Origin: Haliotis rufescens
Taxonomy: Eukaryota
Reading direction: 5' to 3'
DNA: 64,000 nucleotides
NCBI RefSeq assembly: GCF_023055435.1
Contig: NW_025963868.1
Location: forward strand, 25,234,001 to 25,298,000
Shown: in pieces, positions 50,623 through 63,059 of the stretch
Layout of the letters: each line of letters opens with the position of its first letter
Position numbering within the stretch: position 1 is the first letter of the stretch
Made by a program: the position numbers and the translations under genes
The notes under the pieces: model-generated
Database searches by the model: none
What the model was told of the DNA's origin: nothing
The model's input: only the letters and a program-made list of their open reading frames with translations

Positions 50623-50854
50623 TGTTTGCCGGAATGTAGGATAGACGGCAGTTGTCCTGTATATCAGGTGAGGAACGCAGGCGGGTCAAGGTTTATCTGA
50701 TATAAAGTTGGCTGGTTGTGTAGGTCAAGATGACATTTGTACATGAGAAAGAGACATTTGTTTATGAGACTGTAATGATTCATGTTGTTTTTGCAATGAA
50801 AAAGTATGCAACTATCTAACCCTGATTGTAATTTTGTTTGTCAACACTATGCCA

Positions 50855-51482
50855 TGTGTGTGTGTGTGTTTGTTTGTATGTGNNNNNNNNNNNNNNNNNN
50901 NNNNNNNNNNNNNNNNNNNNNNNNNNNNNNNNNNNNNNNNNNNNNNNNNNNNNNNNNNNNNNNNNNNNNNNNNNNNNNNNNNNNNNNNNNNNNNNNNNNN
51001 NNNNNNNNNNNNNNNNNNNNNNNNNNNNNNNNNATGTATATGTGTGAGTTCGTATGTGTGTGTTTGTTTGAATGTATATGCGTGTGTTTGCGTGTGTTTG
51101 TATGTGTGTGTTTATGTATGTGTGTGTGCGTGCGTGTGTTTGTGTGTGTATGTATGTTTATATGTGTATGCGTGTAATTGTGTGTGTTTGTATGTGTTTA
51201 TGTGTGTGCGTGTCGTGTGTTTGTGTGTGTATGTATGTTTATATGTGTATGCGTGTAATTGTGTGTGTGTTTGTATGTGTTTATGTGTACATATGTGTGA
51301 GTTTATGTNNNNNNNNNNNNNNNNNNNNNNNNNNNNNNNNNNNNNNNNNNNNNNNNNNNNNNNNNNNNNNNNNNNNNNNNNNNNNNNNNNNNNNNNNNNN
51401 NNNNNNNNNNNNNNNNNNNNNNNNNNNNNNNNNNNNNNNNNNNNNNNNNNGTTTGTGTATGTGTATGTTTGAGTGTGTATGT
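50855..51482. repeat. (GT)-rich microsatellite containing two assembly gaps (N at 50883-51033 and 51309-51450)
   Basis: Direct inspection. Confidence 0.95.
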
Positions 51483-52710
51483 CATAGATTGTTCAGTGAG
51501 AGGAGGCGGCGACCATTTTCATGTGACCTCACAACTGTGAACTTACGCCGAGGGTAAACTTGAAGGTACAACTGTGGTGGGCATTCTTGTAATTTCGACA
51601 TAAACACAAGTAAATAGGCCGAGAGTAAACAAGTAAATACGCCGAAAGTGCATAACACTTGCATTGAATTTTTCAAAAGCATAGCCCCTTGCAAGAAATA
51701 CTATGTATCTGCACTGAAATGTCACCACTTTCTTTAGAAGTAGCTGACGAGGTTCCAGTTTGCTGTTTTTTAAAGGGTAGTGGTTTGATAACGAAATCGA
51801 GGTCACCAGCTGTCCCTACTGATAATGAATGAGATGTTTTCTTCAAATTGTTCTTCCAATTTATATGGAAAAACATATTTTGAGTTTGCCACAAGAAACT
51901 AATTTGGGGTGAACAAAACTTGTGACAAAATTCTAGGTGATTTCTTTGGCCTAATTTGCGGCATGACGTGGCTGAAATTTGCAAACCCTTCCACATATGT
52001 CCAATGATTGGCAGATCTAATCAGGATATCTCAGCAGCAACCTTGAAACACATGCCGGTAGGGCCATCATTGATTGCGTGGTCATTTTCTTAAAACTAGG
52101 TCAGGTAATCAGTCCATGCTTACTTTCATGTGTGCTTTCAAAGAGCTATCACTTTATGGAAACTTATGGCTCAGGTGATTATCTAGATAAAGTTCTTCAC
52201 TATGGTTGGTTTTGCAACAAGCTATGCAACAGTTAGGCATAACTCAGTTTAAGTCTAGTGCCTCTCATCCCGAATCTCAGGGAGCCAAAGAGAAGTTCAT
52301 ATGATGAGGATTTACTGTTTTGAGACTGAGAAGGATTGGGGTGAAGGCATTTATTTGTTGTTGTTTGCTGTTTTGGAGTCAGTGTAGGTGTCCTTAGCTT
52401 GTCTTTGGCCACACTGTTCATGGACCTTTCAATCACTTGAAGGAGCATTGGGTCAATGATAGCTCTGAAAGGACTTTGTTGGAGTATGTGTATCATTCCA
52501 GGCATGGCTTTTTATCAAGCTTGTGAGTTGCTAGGAATCATATAAAATAATCTCAGGACAAAATGAAAGTACACTATGACAAAAAAGTCATATCTAATCA
52601 GAACAGGAGAGAAGTCACAAGAGAGGAATTTCAGTGATAAAATGTTGGTGTTTGTGCCTGGTCTACCATTACGTGCTAGGTACAAGGGTCCATGTGTCCA
52701 ACTTGACTTT

Positions 52711-53078
52711 TGTTTGTTTATTTGTTTGTTGTTTAATACCGCACTCAGCAATATTCGAGCTATATGACGGTGGTCTGTAAATAATCGAGTCTGCACCAGA
52801 CAATCCAGTGACTGACATCATGAGCAGCGATCCATGCAATTGGGTTGGTTGGTTGGTTGGTTTGTTGTTTAACGCCGCACTCAGCAATATTCCAGCTATA
52901 TGACGGCGGTCTGTAAATAATCGAGTCTGGACCAGACACTCCAGTGATTGACATCATGAGCATCGATCCACGCAATTGGGACATGCATCAACGAGCCTAA
53001 CCACCCGATCCCGTTAGTCGCCTCTTACGACAAGCATGGGTTACTGAAGACCTATTCTACCCAGGATCTTCACTGGTC
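52711..53078 (-). mobile_element. Tandem partial and full family B copies
   Basis: Consensus match. Confidence 0.85.
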
Positions 53079-53139
53079 CACTGCCTCGTGGACATTGTAT
53101 CAGACTGTGATACTGATGAGAATTGTGGCTTTGTCAAGT

Positions 53140-54110
53140 TTGATGGCATTCTGGTGAGGATCTTCTGGTGCCTTGACGCAGTGGCATGATCATGACAGAG
53201 TTGTAAATCTTAGGGATGCTGACGTGCGTGTGTTTTACATTCAGGCGGGTTAACGAGAGTGTGTTGTACATCGAGTTGTGCTGACCAAATTATGTTTTAT
53301 ACTGAAGTATGTAAACGTCAGTGTTTATACTATGAATTGTGCTTACATGAGTGTGTTGTACATCGAGGAGTTTTAACACGGATGTGTTGTTTGTTGAGGC
53401 AAAATAGCACCTGTCAATTATAAGGTGTTCATAAAGGCATACATCCAGCAGGTTTTGTTACAGATTCATTTCTAGGATTCGATAAGCGTCATACAATCTG
53501 TCCATGGTTCTTGCCATGCAGTTGCCATCTTGTTGACGACTAGCAGAAAAATACCTTTATAAATATTAACTAATCGCATGTATAAACTAAGGCGTTCAAG
53601 GGATATTACGAGTTTAGCATGTGTGTCATCCCCTCGACCTTCATACTCATGTTCATTCAGCTTATGAAACCTTGAACGTCCAAGTGATGGCTTGGGTAAT
53701 TATAGAAAGCCAAGGCAAGAGAATAACTAGTCACGACTTTCCTACAAAACAAATTCCATTGGGAGCAAACGGCAAAATGCAGTGAAGATGAACAGATCAC
53801 TGGAAATGAGTGATACCACCACGACTTGTTCTGCATGTCCAGCCCCATCTTGCTGTTCCAGCAATCATAATCAAACATCTTCCGTCCTCCTTTCAAGAGG
53901 ATTTCCGGAAAAAGTGTCACTTGTAATTAAACCAGTGACCAGACATATCATATAATCTATGATTGTGATCCATAATGACATGTTGCTTGTTGGGAGCGAT
54001 ATTATTTGCCGGAATGTGGGATGGACGGCAGTTGTAATATCAGGTCAAGGTTTATCTGACTTAAAGTTTGTTTTTGTAGGTCGACATGACGTGACATACA
54101 TTTGTAGACA
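53140..54110 (-). pseudogene. Truncated duplicate of the GH86 gene 5' region (promoter, exon 1, intron 1, start of exon 2)
   Basis: VTLFPEILLKGGRKMFDYDCWNSKMG versus VTIFQDFVLKGGRKTFDPDRWNGKMG; acceptor AG|GCACCAGAAGATCCTCAC; homologous intron blocks. Confidence 0.85.
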
Positions 54111-54537
54111 AAACTATCTATGTCTTATCATTGTGAAAGCATTCAAATATTTAGTTAGTGAGTGAGTGAGTGAGTGAGTTTGATAACGTCGAGCGCAAAG
54201 TCCGTCATCAGTGCATCCATCCCTTGAAGCTGAAACATTGCTTGGATGATTTCAGAAGAAAAAAAAATTCTCAAAAAGGGTTAATGGCTATTAAGTAATG
54301 ATGCCTAACGTGTATGTTCCATTGTCTGCTATATAATGCATTTTGATCATGATTCACTCTTTAGGTTTTGACTGAACGCAGTTGGTGGGAATAAGTTCAC
54401 CAAGGATTTATTGCACAGTAACCAATGAATACAATCGTAAGAAATCAACGAAAGATATAATTCATTATTATACAGTTATACGACACTATTTTGCTTACAT
54501 GTGCTTTTTTGGGAGATGTAGAAATAATTAAATGGTA

Positions 54538-56121
54538 TCATGCGGCTGTTGGGTTTTGTAACATGAAATTAAAGTATTCTTTATGCTTGAACAGGTAAGG
54601 CAGGTCTTTCAATACGTAAATGTCAGTCAAGCAAATTGGATCGGAATGTGTCTTTCCATCAAAATATTCCCCTTTTCTAAACAGAGTAGCAACGTAGTCA
54701 AATGTGCATTTCTCTGGGTAGTCCCCCCATCGGGGGAAGTCAGCATTAATAGCAGAAGTCAGCTTCGTGATAACCTCCCGTGGAGAGGAGAACCATGATG
54801 CATGCCACCCAGCATAGTTGTCAGGTGATCCGATGAGCCAAGTTTCAAACATGCCCCAGGGGTGATTTCCTTTCTGGAGCTGTCGTATCACTCCTTTACT
54901 TCCACGAATAGCATCACTACTTCCTTTATAGATGTCTCTGAGCATCTGAATACTACACACTCCTACAACCGTTTTAGGGTGCTTCGTCATTGACCAAAAG
55001 AATCCATACATAAAACTGTGAAGAACAAACCCAACAGGGAAGGGATAGCCATTGTGAAGTTTGAGGAAGTGCAGGAGGTTTACAATTGGCGTTTCGTCGG
55101 TGTCCATAAATACAAATAAATCATCTTTTCTGAGCCCTGAGACTCTGGCCTCTACTGCAGGTGCAAGGTGCTGACGGATGTAAGTTTCGGCTATCCAACC
55201 ATTCAATCGTCCGCCAGCTGGGAATGTGTCCAGGTAGACATGCATTATCTTATGGTGGAATCGCTTCATGTAGCCTCTTCTCAAATTATGTAATAACCTT
55301 AACGGTCGTGGATCTCCATGTCCTGTATAGTTGGATTCCAGAATCACAAACAGATCCACGGCTGAGTGCACCTGTAACATCTTCAGCATCAGTACATGAT
55401 GCTCAATATTGAATGTCATGGCTAGAATCAGCCGTCGTGGCTTTTCTCTTGGCGTGATGATGTAACTGCGTGACAGTTTGGACAAGGCAGTCTTCACAAT
55501 GCTTGGCACAGAACAATGTTTGCCTGCATAACCTGAGCTGCACACACAGGTCACGTTAGGACCCTGCTCCTGCACTTTGGATGTACCTGGTTTAAAGCAT
55601 TTTAGCTTTCCGTTTATAAACGTGAAATCCTCGTTACTAAGATCTGGAAGAGTAAATTTCCACGGCTTTTTCAAATCATAATCTTTATACAAATTAGGAC
55701 CATCGTCTTCGGGTAGAGTCAGTGGTTCGGTGTTGTTTATTGAAAAGAAGTAGTCTATTGAGGAATACCACTTATCGAGATGGCTTATTTCTCCAGGTTC
55801 AAAAGGAAGCCATCTGTTTGTAGTATTCAAGTGACAGGACGTACCAAGATATCGGTGTGGATACAATGTATGATCAATGGTTTTGTTAAGACTTGACATT
55901 GACTTCGACGCCCCCAACAGTTTACTTGTGTTGAGCGAGTACACACGATGTGTTAAAGATGTAACCATTTTTAAACCATCGACAGGAACTTTCAAAGACA
56001 CACTGGTGGATGTGTCGGTCATTCTGAGTAGCACTATCAAGAGGAAGACGATCTGTGCACAGATGACAGCAACGACTGCCCTTGACACCCCATATTTTAT
56101 GAACATTCGTAAAATACCCAT
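54538..56121 (-). CDS. MGAT3: Beta-1,4-mannosyl-glycoprotein 4-beta-N-acetylglucosaminyltransferase (GnT-III, GT17)-like; single coding exon
   Basis: Type II TM anchor; CVCSSGYAGKHCSVP; PRRLI..FNIE; VDLFVILESNYTGHG.PRPL; DTDE (DxD); YGFFW; AGWHASWF; KLTSAINADFPRWG; first ATG at 56121; splice acceptor near 56263. Confidence 0.9.
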   Translation of the reverse strand: MGILRMFIKYGVSRAVVAVICAQIVFLLIVLLRMTDTSTSVSLKVPVDGLKMVTSLTHRVYSLNTSKLLGASKSMSSLNKTIDHTLYPHRYLGTSCHLNTTNRWLPFEPGEISHLDKWYSSIDYFFSINNTEPLTLPEDDGPNLYKDYDLKKPWKFTLPDLSNEDFTFINGKLKCFKPGTSKVQEQGPNVTCVCSSGYAGKHCSVPSIVKTALSKLSRSYIITPREKPRRLILAMTFNIEHHVLMLKMLQVHSAVDLFVILESNYTGHGDPRPLRLLHNLRRGYMKRFHHKIMHVYLDTFPAGGRLNGWIAETYIRQHLAPAVEARVSGLRKDDLFVFMDTDETPIVNLLHFLKLHNGYPFPVGFVLHSFMYGFFWSMTKHPKTVVGVCSIQMLRDIYKGSSDAIRGSKGVIRQLQKGNHPWGMFETWLIGSPDNYAGWHASWFSSPREVITKLTSAINADFPRWGDYPEKCTFDYVATLFRKGEYFDGKTHSDPICLTDIYVLKDLPYLFKHKEYFNFMLQNPTAA

Positions 56122-56694
56122 CTTTAATTTGACTCTGTAGTAGGTCACAGAACCCTTGATGATCAGGACATGTGAACGTTGATGGTCCTATCAGCAATTA
56201 AGTGCTTTATTGAAAACCTTCCAATGGTTCTATTTTCTTAAAGCTTCTGTGTCGATCATACACCTGTAAATAAAAACAACAAATATCAATACCAATTCAT
56301 GATAGAAATAACGTTTGATGAAACCAGAAAGGGGGCAATACTCATGCCATGCAAATACGAAAACGTCGGTTGTTTTCGTATATGGCCATTGAACGAAAAA
56401 TCGACGTTTTCCGGATGCTTTCTAACCATCGACTTTCGTCCAAATATCGTCGTTATTTGACATCGGAAGTTTCTCCAGGTTCTTGATTGACATTGTCAGT
56501 AGACAGCGTTTACCAGTATTTCTATTTCTTAGCTTCCATTTGACAGCTCTGTTTGTCAATTAAATACATGGTTGCATAGTTGCATGCGGCACATATAATT
56601 CTCTATGGTATTTATCCCAGTTCTGGTCGCTATACACGTGGTCCGGCCGTCTCACCTTACTAAGAATATGATCAACACTTTTAGAAGAGATATG

Positions 56695-58681
56695 CGTGTA
56701 AATAGAGGTTATCACGCGAGTGTGTTTGGGGATGGTAAATATCCTGCATTAGGAATAAACATAGCTAAACGAGCTAAATACATAGTGTTTATTCCTAATA
56801 CAGGATATTTACCATCCCCAAACACACAAGCGTGATAACCTCTTTATCATATAATGTCATTCTTTAATTCTGTGCTTCAAAATTGCTTTCCCTCTCTCAC
56901 AAACATTACCGAAACATTGCGAGTTTTCCTGGAATGCGCGCATTAATATATAATACGTCATAGGGTAAGTGATGGGTCAGTCGGACAGTGACAGAGGCCA
57001 ATATTGTTCCAACTGAAATCTGTTTCTTATACAGTTGCGAAGGAACATATACGCAAAACAACAATTGTTTTGATTTGCCTTTCGCGGCAATCCATCGGTC
57101 TGTCCGCTAGAGTAACTGCCCTTTGTCAAAGGGAAGCTACTCTAACCCTAGTCTATGAGACGTCACGGCCACGGTCAGACGTTGTTGACCGTCGGTCTGT
57201 CATAACGTTAAGAAGTGTAGTCAGATGTACACACAGCCACAAAACGAAACAAGGTAACAATTCAAACATATTTGGTTCCAAATCCAACTATTTTAATTTG
57301 TGGAGAAGGTTTCAAGCCGCAGAGGTCTACAAGCACAGATATGGCTACTGATCCCGCTTGGCTAGGCCTCGTGCCCTCGCAAAATTGTTTCTAAATTTAT
57401 ATCTCCAAAGTTGCCAAAACTTATAAAATGCCTTAGCTATGTCACAGTTAGACACTGATTTTCAGTATATTAGACTGTTCTTTTGATAATAATAGCAATT
57501 ATCCCTGTAGTTTATCCAGATTCCCGATGGTTAATTCTGACTCGATCGCTAAATGATGAGGGCGACGCCATGTTTGTTTATAAACAGTGAAAGTAGTCCC
57601 TACTTGACCTTTGATATTTGCATCTCTATCCGCATATGACCCCAACGGATATCGTTTTTATCCGTTGGCTTTATCCTGCCGAGAAACCTACTCATTATAT
57701 GATAAATAGATAAAACGGATAAAAAACGATATCCGTTGGGGTCATATGCGGATAGAGAAGCAAATATCAAAGGTCAAGTAGGAGTACTTTCGCTGTTTAT
57801 AAACAAACATGGCGTCGCCCTCGTCATTCGGCGATCGAGTCAGAATTAACCATCGGGAATCTGGATAAACTACAGGGATAATTGCTATCATTATCAAAAG
57901 AACAGTCTAATATACTGAAAACCAGTGTCTAACTGTGACGTAGCTAAGGCATTTTATAAGTTTTGGCAACTTTGGAGATTTCGAAACAATTTTGCGAGGG
58001 CACGACCCGAGGCCTAGCCAAGCGGGATCAGTAGCCATATCTGTGCTTGTAGACCTCTGCGGCTTGAAATCTTTTCCACAAATTAAAATAGTTTGGATTT
58101 GTTACCTTGTTTCGTTTTGTCGCTGTGTGTACATCTGACTACATTTCTAAACGTTATGACAGGACAGACCGACTGTCAACAACGTCTGACCGTGGCCGTG
58201 ACGTCTCATAGACTAGGGTTAGAGTAGCTTCCCTTTGACAAAGGGCAGTTACTCTAGCGGACAGACCGATGAATTGCCGCGAAAGGCAATTAAAAACAAC
58301 TGTTGTTTTGCGTATATGTTGCTTCGCCACTGTATAAGAAACAGATTTTAGTTGGAATTATATTGGCTACTGTCACTGTCCGACTGACACATCACTTACC
58401 CTGTGACGTAATAAATATTAATGCGCGCATTCCAGGAAAACTCGCAATGTTTCGGTAATGTTTGTGAGAGAGGGAGAGCTATTTTCAAGCACAGAATTAA
58501 AGAATGACATTATATGATAAAGAGGTTATCACGCTTGTGTGTTTGGGAATGGTAAATATCCTGTATTAGGAATAAACACTATGTATTTAGCTCGCCAAGG
58601 CTCGCTAAATACAATGTTTATTCCTAATGCAGGATATTTACCATCCCCAAACACACTCGCGTGATAACCTCTATATACACG
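56695..58681. repeat. ~2-kb imperfect palindrome made of two inverted copies of a non-coding, hairpin-ended element (Crypton-like non-autonomous, inferred)
   Basis: Arms 56695-57666 and 57714-58681 with a 47-bp spacer; each outer end is itself a ~150-bp hairpin; TTTATCATATAAT/ATTATATGATAAA motifs. Confidence 0.9.
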
Positions 58682-58890
58682 TTTTTGAGTATACACGACA
58701 AACTAGACTTCGGCTGCTTGTGCCGAAAACGAAGCTGACAAGTTCCGCCAGTCTTCTCATACCGATCATCATTACATGTACAGCTGAAGCATTATTAATC
58801 TTCCCATCAAATATATTGTACAAATGTTGTTGTTTTTTAAAAAAAATTGTGACATATATCTGTTATGTATTGTATTTTTCATGTGTTTTT

Positions 58891-59935
58891 GACCCATGAA
58901 GATCCAGGGTAGTATAGGTCTTCAGCAACCCATTTTTACCGTAAAAGGTGACTATGCTTGTCGTAAGAGGCGACTAACGGGATAGGGTGGTCAGGCTCGC
59001 TGACTTGGTTGATGCATGTCATCGTATCCCAGTTGCGTACTGATGTCTGCTTGAGTCTTCTTGGTGTTCTACCCATTGAATACCATATAGATCAAAGAAA
59101 GTTGTATTTCCTGGAGCGCATCATCAACATGAACCCGAAGTTCCTGCCTCATCAGCTGTTCATGACCAGACTGATGTGTTACATTCACCAACTGACAACC
59201 TCATCATCAGGATTTGTTCCAGACGTCATCAGATTGTTATCCAAATACAATCTCATGGATCCTCTGCTGTCGTTCCTGCGGAATGGTATCTTCATAGGGA
59301 AACAGAGATGGAAACGATTAGTGAGTAAAGCACTAAAATCTCACCATGTCTCAGCCTGGAGGCAGAGACTTGCTGCTGATCCAGATCTCCAGATGTTTAG
59401 TCGAATCCATCGACTATATGATGTCCATCCAGCCTGGCAGATCTCCTTAGACGACCCAACTCTGGGACTGAACTCTAACTTTGTGAAAAGGACGTGTGCC
59501 ACCGCAAAGGACATGTGTGATACAGGACTGTGCCACAAATGTGGTCTTGTGTATCGTGATCCAGTGACACATGCAGTTGTTGAGTGCGAATGTACGTGTG
59601 ATATTCGGGATGAGCTCTGGATGGAGTTGATCAATATCGGTGATGTCGACTTTAGCTGCTACCTGCATAGTATGGACTCAGCAAAGCTCACTGAATGCAT
59701 GTTGTCTTGTAGAACAGATTACAGACTATGTGACAAAGATGCTGATGACTTTGCAAGAGTGTGTGTTAAATATGTCAAGCCAATGTTTAAAATGGTGTTC
59801 AACTAACTCTCAATACATCAGCATTACCATTCTGCATATTTAATGCAAAATAATATGTTGTTCTCATAAATGTTCATCTATTATTTTCTGCTTTTTTTGT
59901 ACTCTTCTTTATGGAGGAATAAAAGGTTATATATA
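58891..59935 (+). mobile_element. Chimera of a family B 5' half (58891-59039) and the 3' fragment of an unrelated LINE ORF2 (59040-59806) with AATAAA and (TA)n tail
   Basis: SLLGVLPIEYHIDQRKLYFLERI..WK..V..W..CHKC..H.VVEC..R..LW resembles a LINE ORF2 C-terminus. Confidence 0.7.
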
Positions 59936-60178
59936 TATGACCCCAACGGGCATCGTTTTTATCCGTTGGCTTTATCCTGCCGAGAAACCTACCCATTATA
60001 TGATAAACCACCAGTCAGTATGGAAGTGGAAGTTGAACACTAAACGCCAGGTAAGAGTTCACAATAAGACCAATAGAACCGGCAGACGGACTTCTGTTTT
60101 CAATTTAGGAATTGTCCGGTCAAATACCTACCACTACGGCGGATATGAGTTGGATACAGATTCCTTACTGTAACACTA

Positions 60179-60343
60179 GTGAGTGAGTGAGTATGATTTT
60201 ACGCCGCTTTTAGCAATATTCCAGCAATATCACGACGGGGGACACCAGACATGGGCTTCACACATTGTACCCATGTCGGGAATCGAACCCGGGTCTTCGG
60301 CGTGACGAGCGAACGCTTTAACCACTAGGCTACCCGACCGCCC
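60179..60343 (-). mobile_element. SINE family A
   Basis: 13-bp TSD TACTGTAACACTA. Confidence 0.93.
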
Positions 60344-60789
60344 TACTGTAACACTAACTGAACACAGGTAAATGATATGTAATCACCATACATACATTTA
60401 TAACGTTTGTCAATAAGATTTTACGAAAATTACGTTTTTTTATTTTCTTTTAATCTGTAATTCATGCATATAAAACCTAATTATGACAAAGAAACCTAAC
60501 ATGCTCAGTAAATGATATACTGTTAAATTAAACTGTAACAGCTTCTGATTTCATAGCTCGTCCATGATGATTACCAATTATGGGATGGGTGATGAGTTCA
60601 AATTTATGCCGATGTGGGAGTCGAAACGTTATGATTAACAAATGAATAATGCTCTCGGTGCTCTCGGTAAATAAATTTTGACATGTATTTCCTGTATTAA
60701 TTGGAACATATCATTATTACATGTCCATGGTTTGTTCTATCTTCACAGGTCTAATGGTTGATGGATCAAGTAGTAACAGAAAGGAGCCA

Positions 60790-61042
60790 ACTGGAACAGT
60801 ATTCCAGTTATATGAAGGCGTGTCAGCTTAAAGTGGGAGGAAAGCCCGAAGTGATGCAGATCCCAGACGTTTACCACTTTGGTGAAACCCACAAGGACGG
60901 GAATGGTACTGACAAACCTAGAAACATTATCGGGGCGAACCGGGATTCGAACCCACAATCATATGTTTCTGGTGTGTCCAAGGGACGCAACTCTGCACAG
61001 CGAATCGCGGCGCCTCAGACGACTGGGCCACCCGTGCCCCCT
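60790..61042 (-). mobile_element. Diverged tRNA-derived SINE of another family
   Basis: B box GGTTCGAATCCC on -; tail TCATATAACTGGAATACTG resembles the shared LINE-like tail. Confidence 0.55.
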
Positions 61043-61475
61043 TGACCATTAGTGAACGATATAAGATCATCCATATATACGAAAATTATCGTATAAACAT
61101 ACATATCTGTTGATGAAGTTAATAAATCTTATATAATCTTGTTCCGTGTGGGGGTTGTCGTTCGAGTCAACTTTCGCGATTCAAAATCCTTGACGTTCAT
61201 GTTTGTTTGTCTGTTCATAATGAAATACATCGGATTATATTCAGATATGGTTCTATGTAACCGCCTAACCATTGGACATTAATCTTACTGTTGCCGCACG
61301 GCTCTATGCATACATACAGTCAAGTCCCGTTAATCCCACATGGTTGGTTGCATATGATTATGTCGGATTAACGAGTATGTCGGATAAACGAAATGAAGTA
61401 GAAATAGTATCAACGTTTGTGATCGAATATCGGACAACTACACGTCAGCTTCTATTAGTCCGGACAAACTTATAG

Positions 61476-61820
61476 ATTTTAGTAGTGCTAGCCAACTAAG
61501 ATACCATGCAGCAGTTCAACATAAATGAGTGAGTGAGTGAATATGACTTTACGCCGCTTTTTGCAACAATCCAGCAATATCACGGCGGGGTGCACCAGAA
61601 ATGAGCTTCACACAATGTACCCATATGGGGAATCGAACCCGGGTTTTCGGCGTGACGAGCGAACGCTTAACCACTAGGCTACCCTCCGCCCCTTAACATA
61701 AATACCCAAATAGCTAGTATACTGAACAGTCCTTGTTTTAACCCCTTAATGCCGAGCGTCAGGCAGGGTAACAAGAAGTACGTCTTTTAACGTCCTTTGG
61801 TATGACGCGGCCGGGGATAT
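61476..61820 (-). mobile_element. SINE family C copy interrupted by SINE family A (61525-61692)
   Basis: Matches 45700-45870; family A flanked by AACATAAA. Confidence 0.8.
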
Positions 61821-63059
61821 CCGGTCTTGACAATGGTGACTTTCGAGCGTACATTGTAATTCAGTCTGGATAAAATACACGCCAACATCTGTGTCAGGAA
61901 AGTTACCACGGGCAACCTCCCCTTGTCATGTACGCATCTCGACAGCCCTTCTGCCTAGAACGTATCTTTTGTAAAGATGGACTTGAGTTCCAGTTGCTAG
62001 GGCTTTGATTAGCTTTATGACCTATTACGAAGTAGATTGAAGTATTTTTAAGGAGTAGCCCATGCCACTAAATCAGAAGTCTCACGAAACAGCTGCTATA
62101 GCGTCGCCTCTGACAAGAGTTGTTTGCATGGTCATCGACTGACAATCCTTTATGGGAACCATGTCAGTGATCTCTACGAGCTGCAGATGTATATATTGTA
62201 ATTGTCAGACACTGAAGTGTACAACACGGCTCTTCATCGCGTGACCCATGGAACCTTTCCATAAGCATCATTAAACAAAAAGTCTGTGATCTGGCAAAAC
62301 TTTAATCTCTATAATCAAAACCAATTGTCGTTTCTGCGTATTTTATTCATCTTCACCCTTCTCAATACCATGTCAACCCACATCTCCTGTATACGCATTT
62401 TACCAATGGAAACAGCCGATGACAGAAATGTGTTTAATACACTGAAGGTATTACATGGCGCAGGTTTGTCTATTTCTCGGTATTACATAAACTGTAACAG
62501 TCGGTGTTCAATACTGTGCTCTCCCCCTCTTGTTTCACAACACCGGACTCCCCACCTGGAATACCCACACACCGAGGTGTTGGCAAATCTTTAAGGGTCA
62601 ACGGTGTGTGGCAGCAGGTGGATACACGACAATTAGCCTATCAACTTCAAAGCGATTGACTCTGTTTAGTAAGACTCACGAGTTAAAGACATTGGACAAT
62701 TTCTCAATAACATCGCTACAATAAGCGTTAAAAGCCATTTCACAGCGGGAATAGAATACATTACCATCTGTGGTGGTCGTCGACACATGCCGTCTTGCAC
62801 ATGTTGGTTTTATCAGCATAATCGTGTAACACTTTTTTAAAACCAAATAAATTAATTTCCCCACGCCTCGTATACAAACGTGTTGTCTATATGCATGAAA
62901 TAAATAAACAATTATCGCTCGGTGTTTACACATGTAGCAAGATTGACCGACCTCGACTGAATAATATATATTTCTTTCCTTCTTTAAACAAAAAGCAGTG
63001 TCTGATCCACACACACTTACAAGCATTTGCATACAATATGGAAACACCGCCCAATTTTA

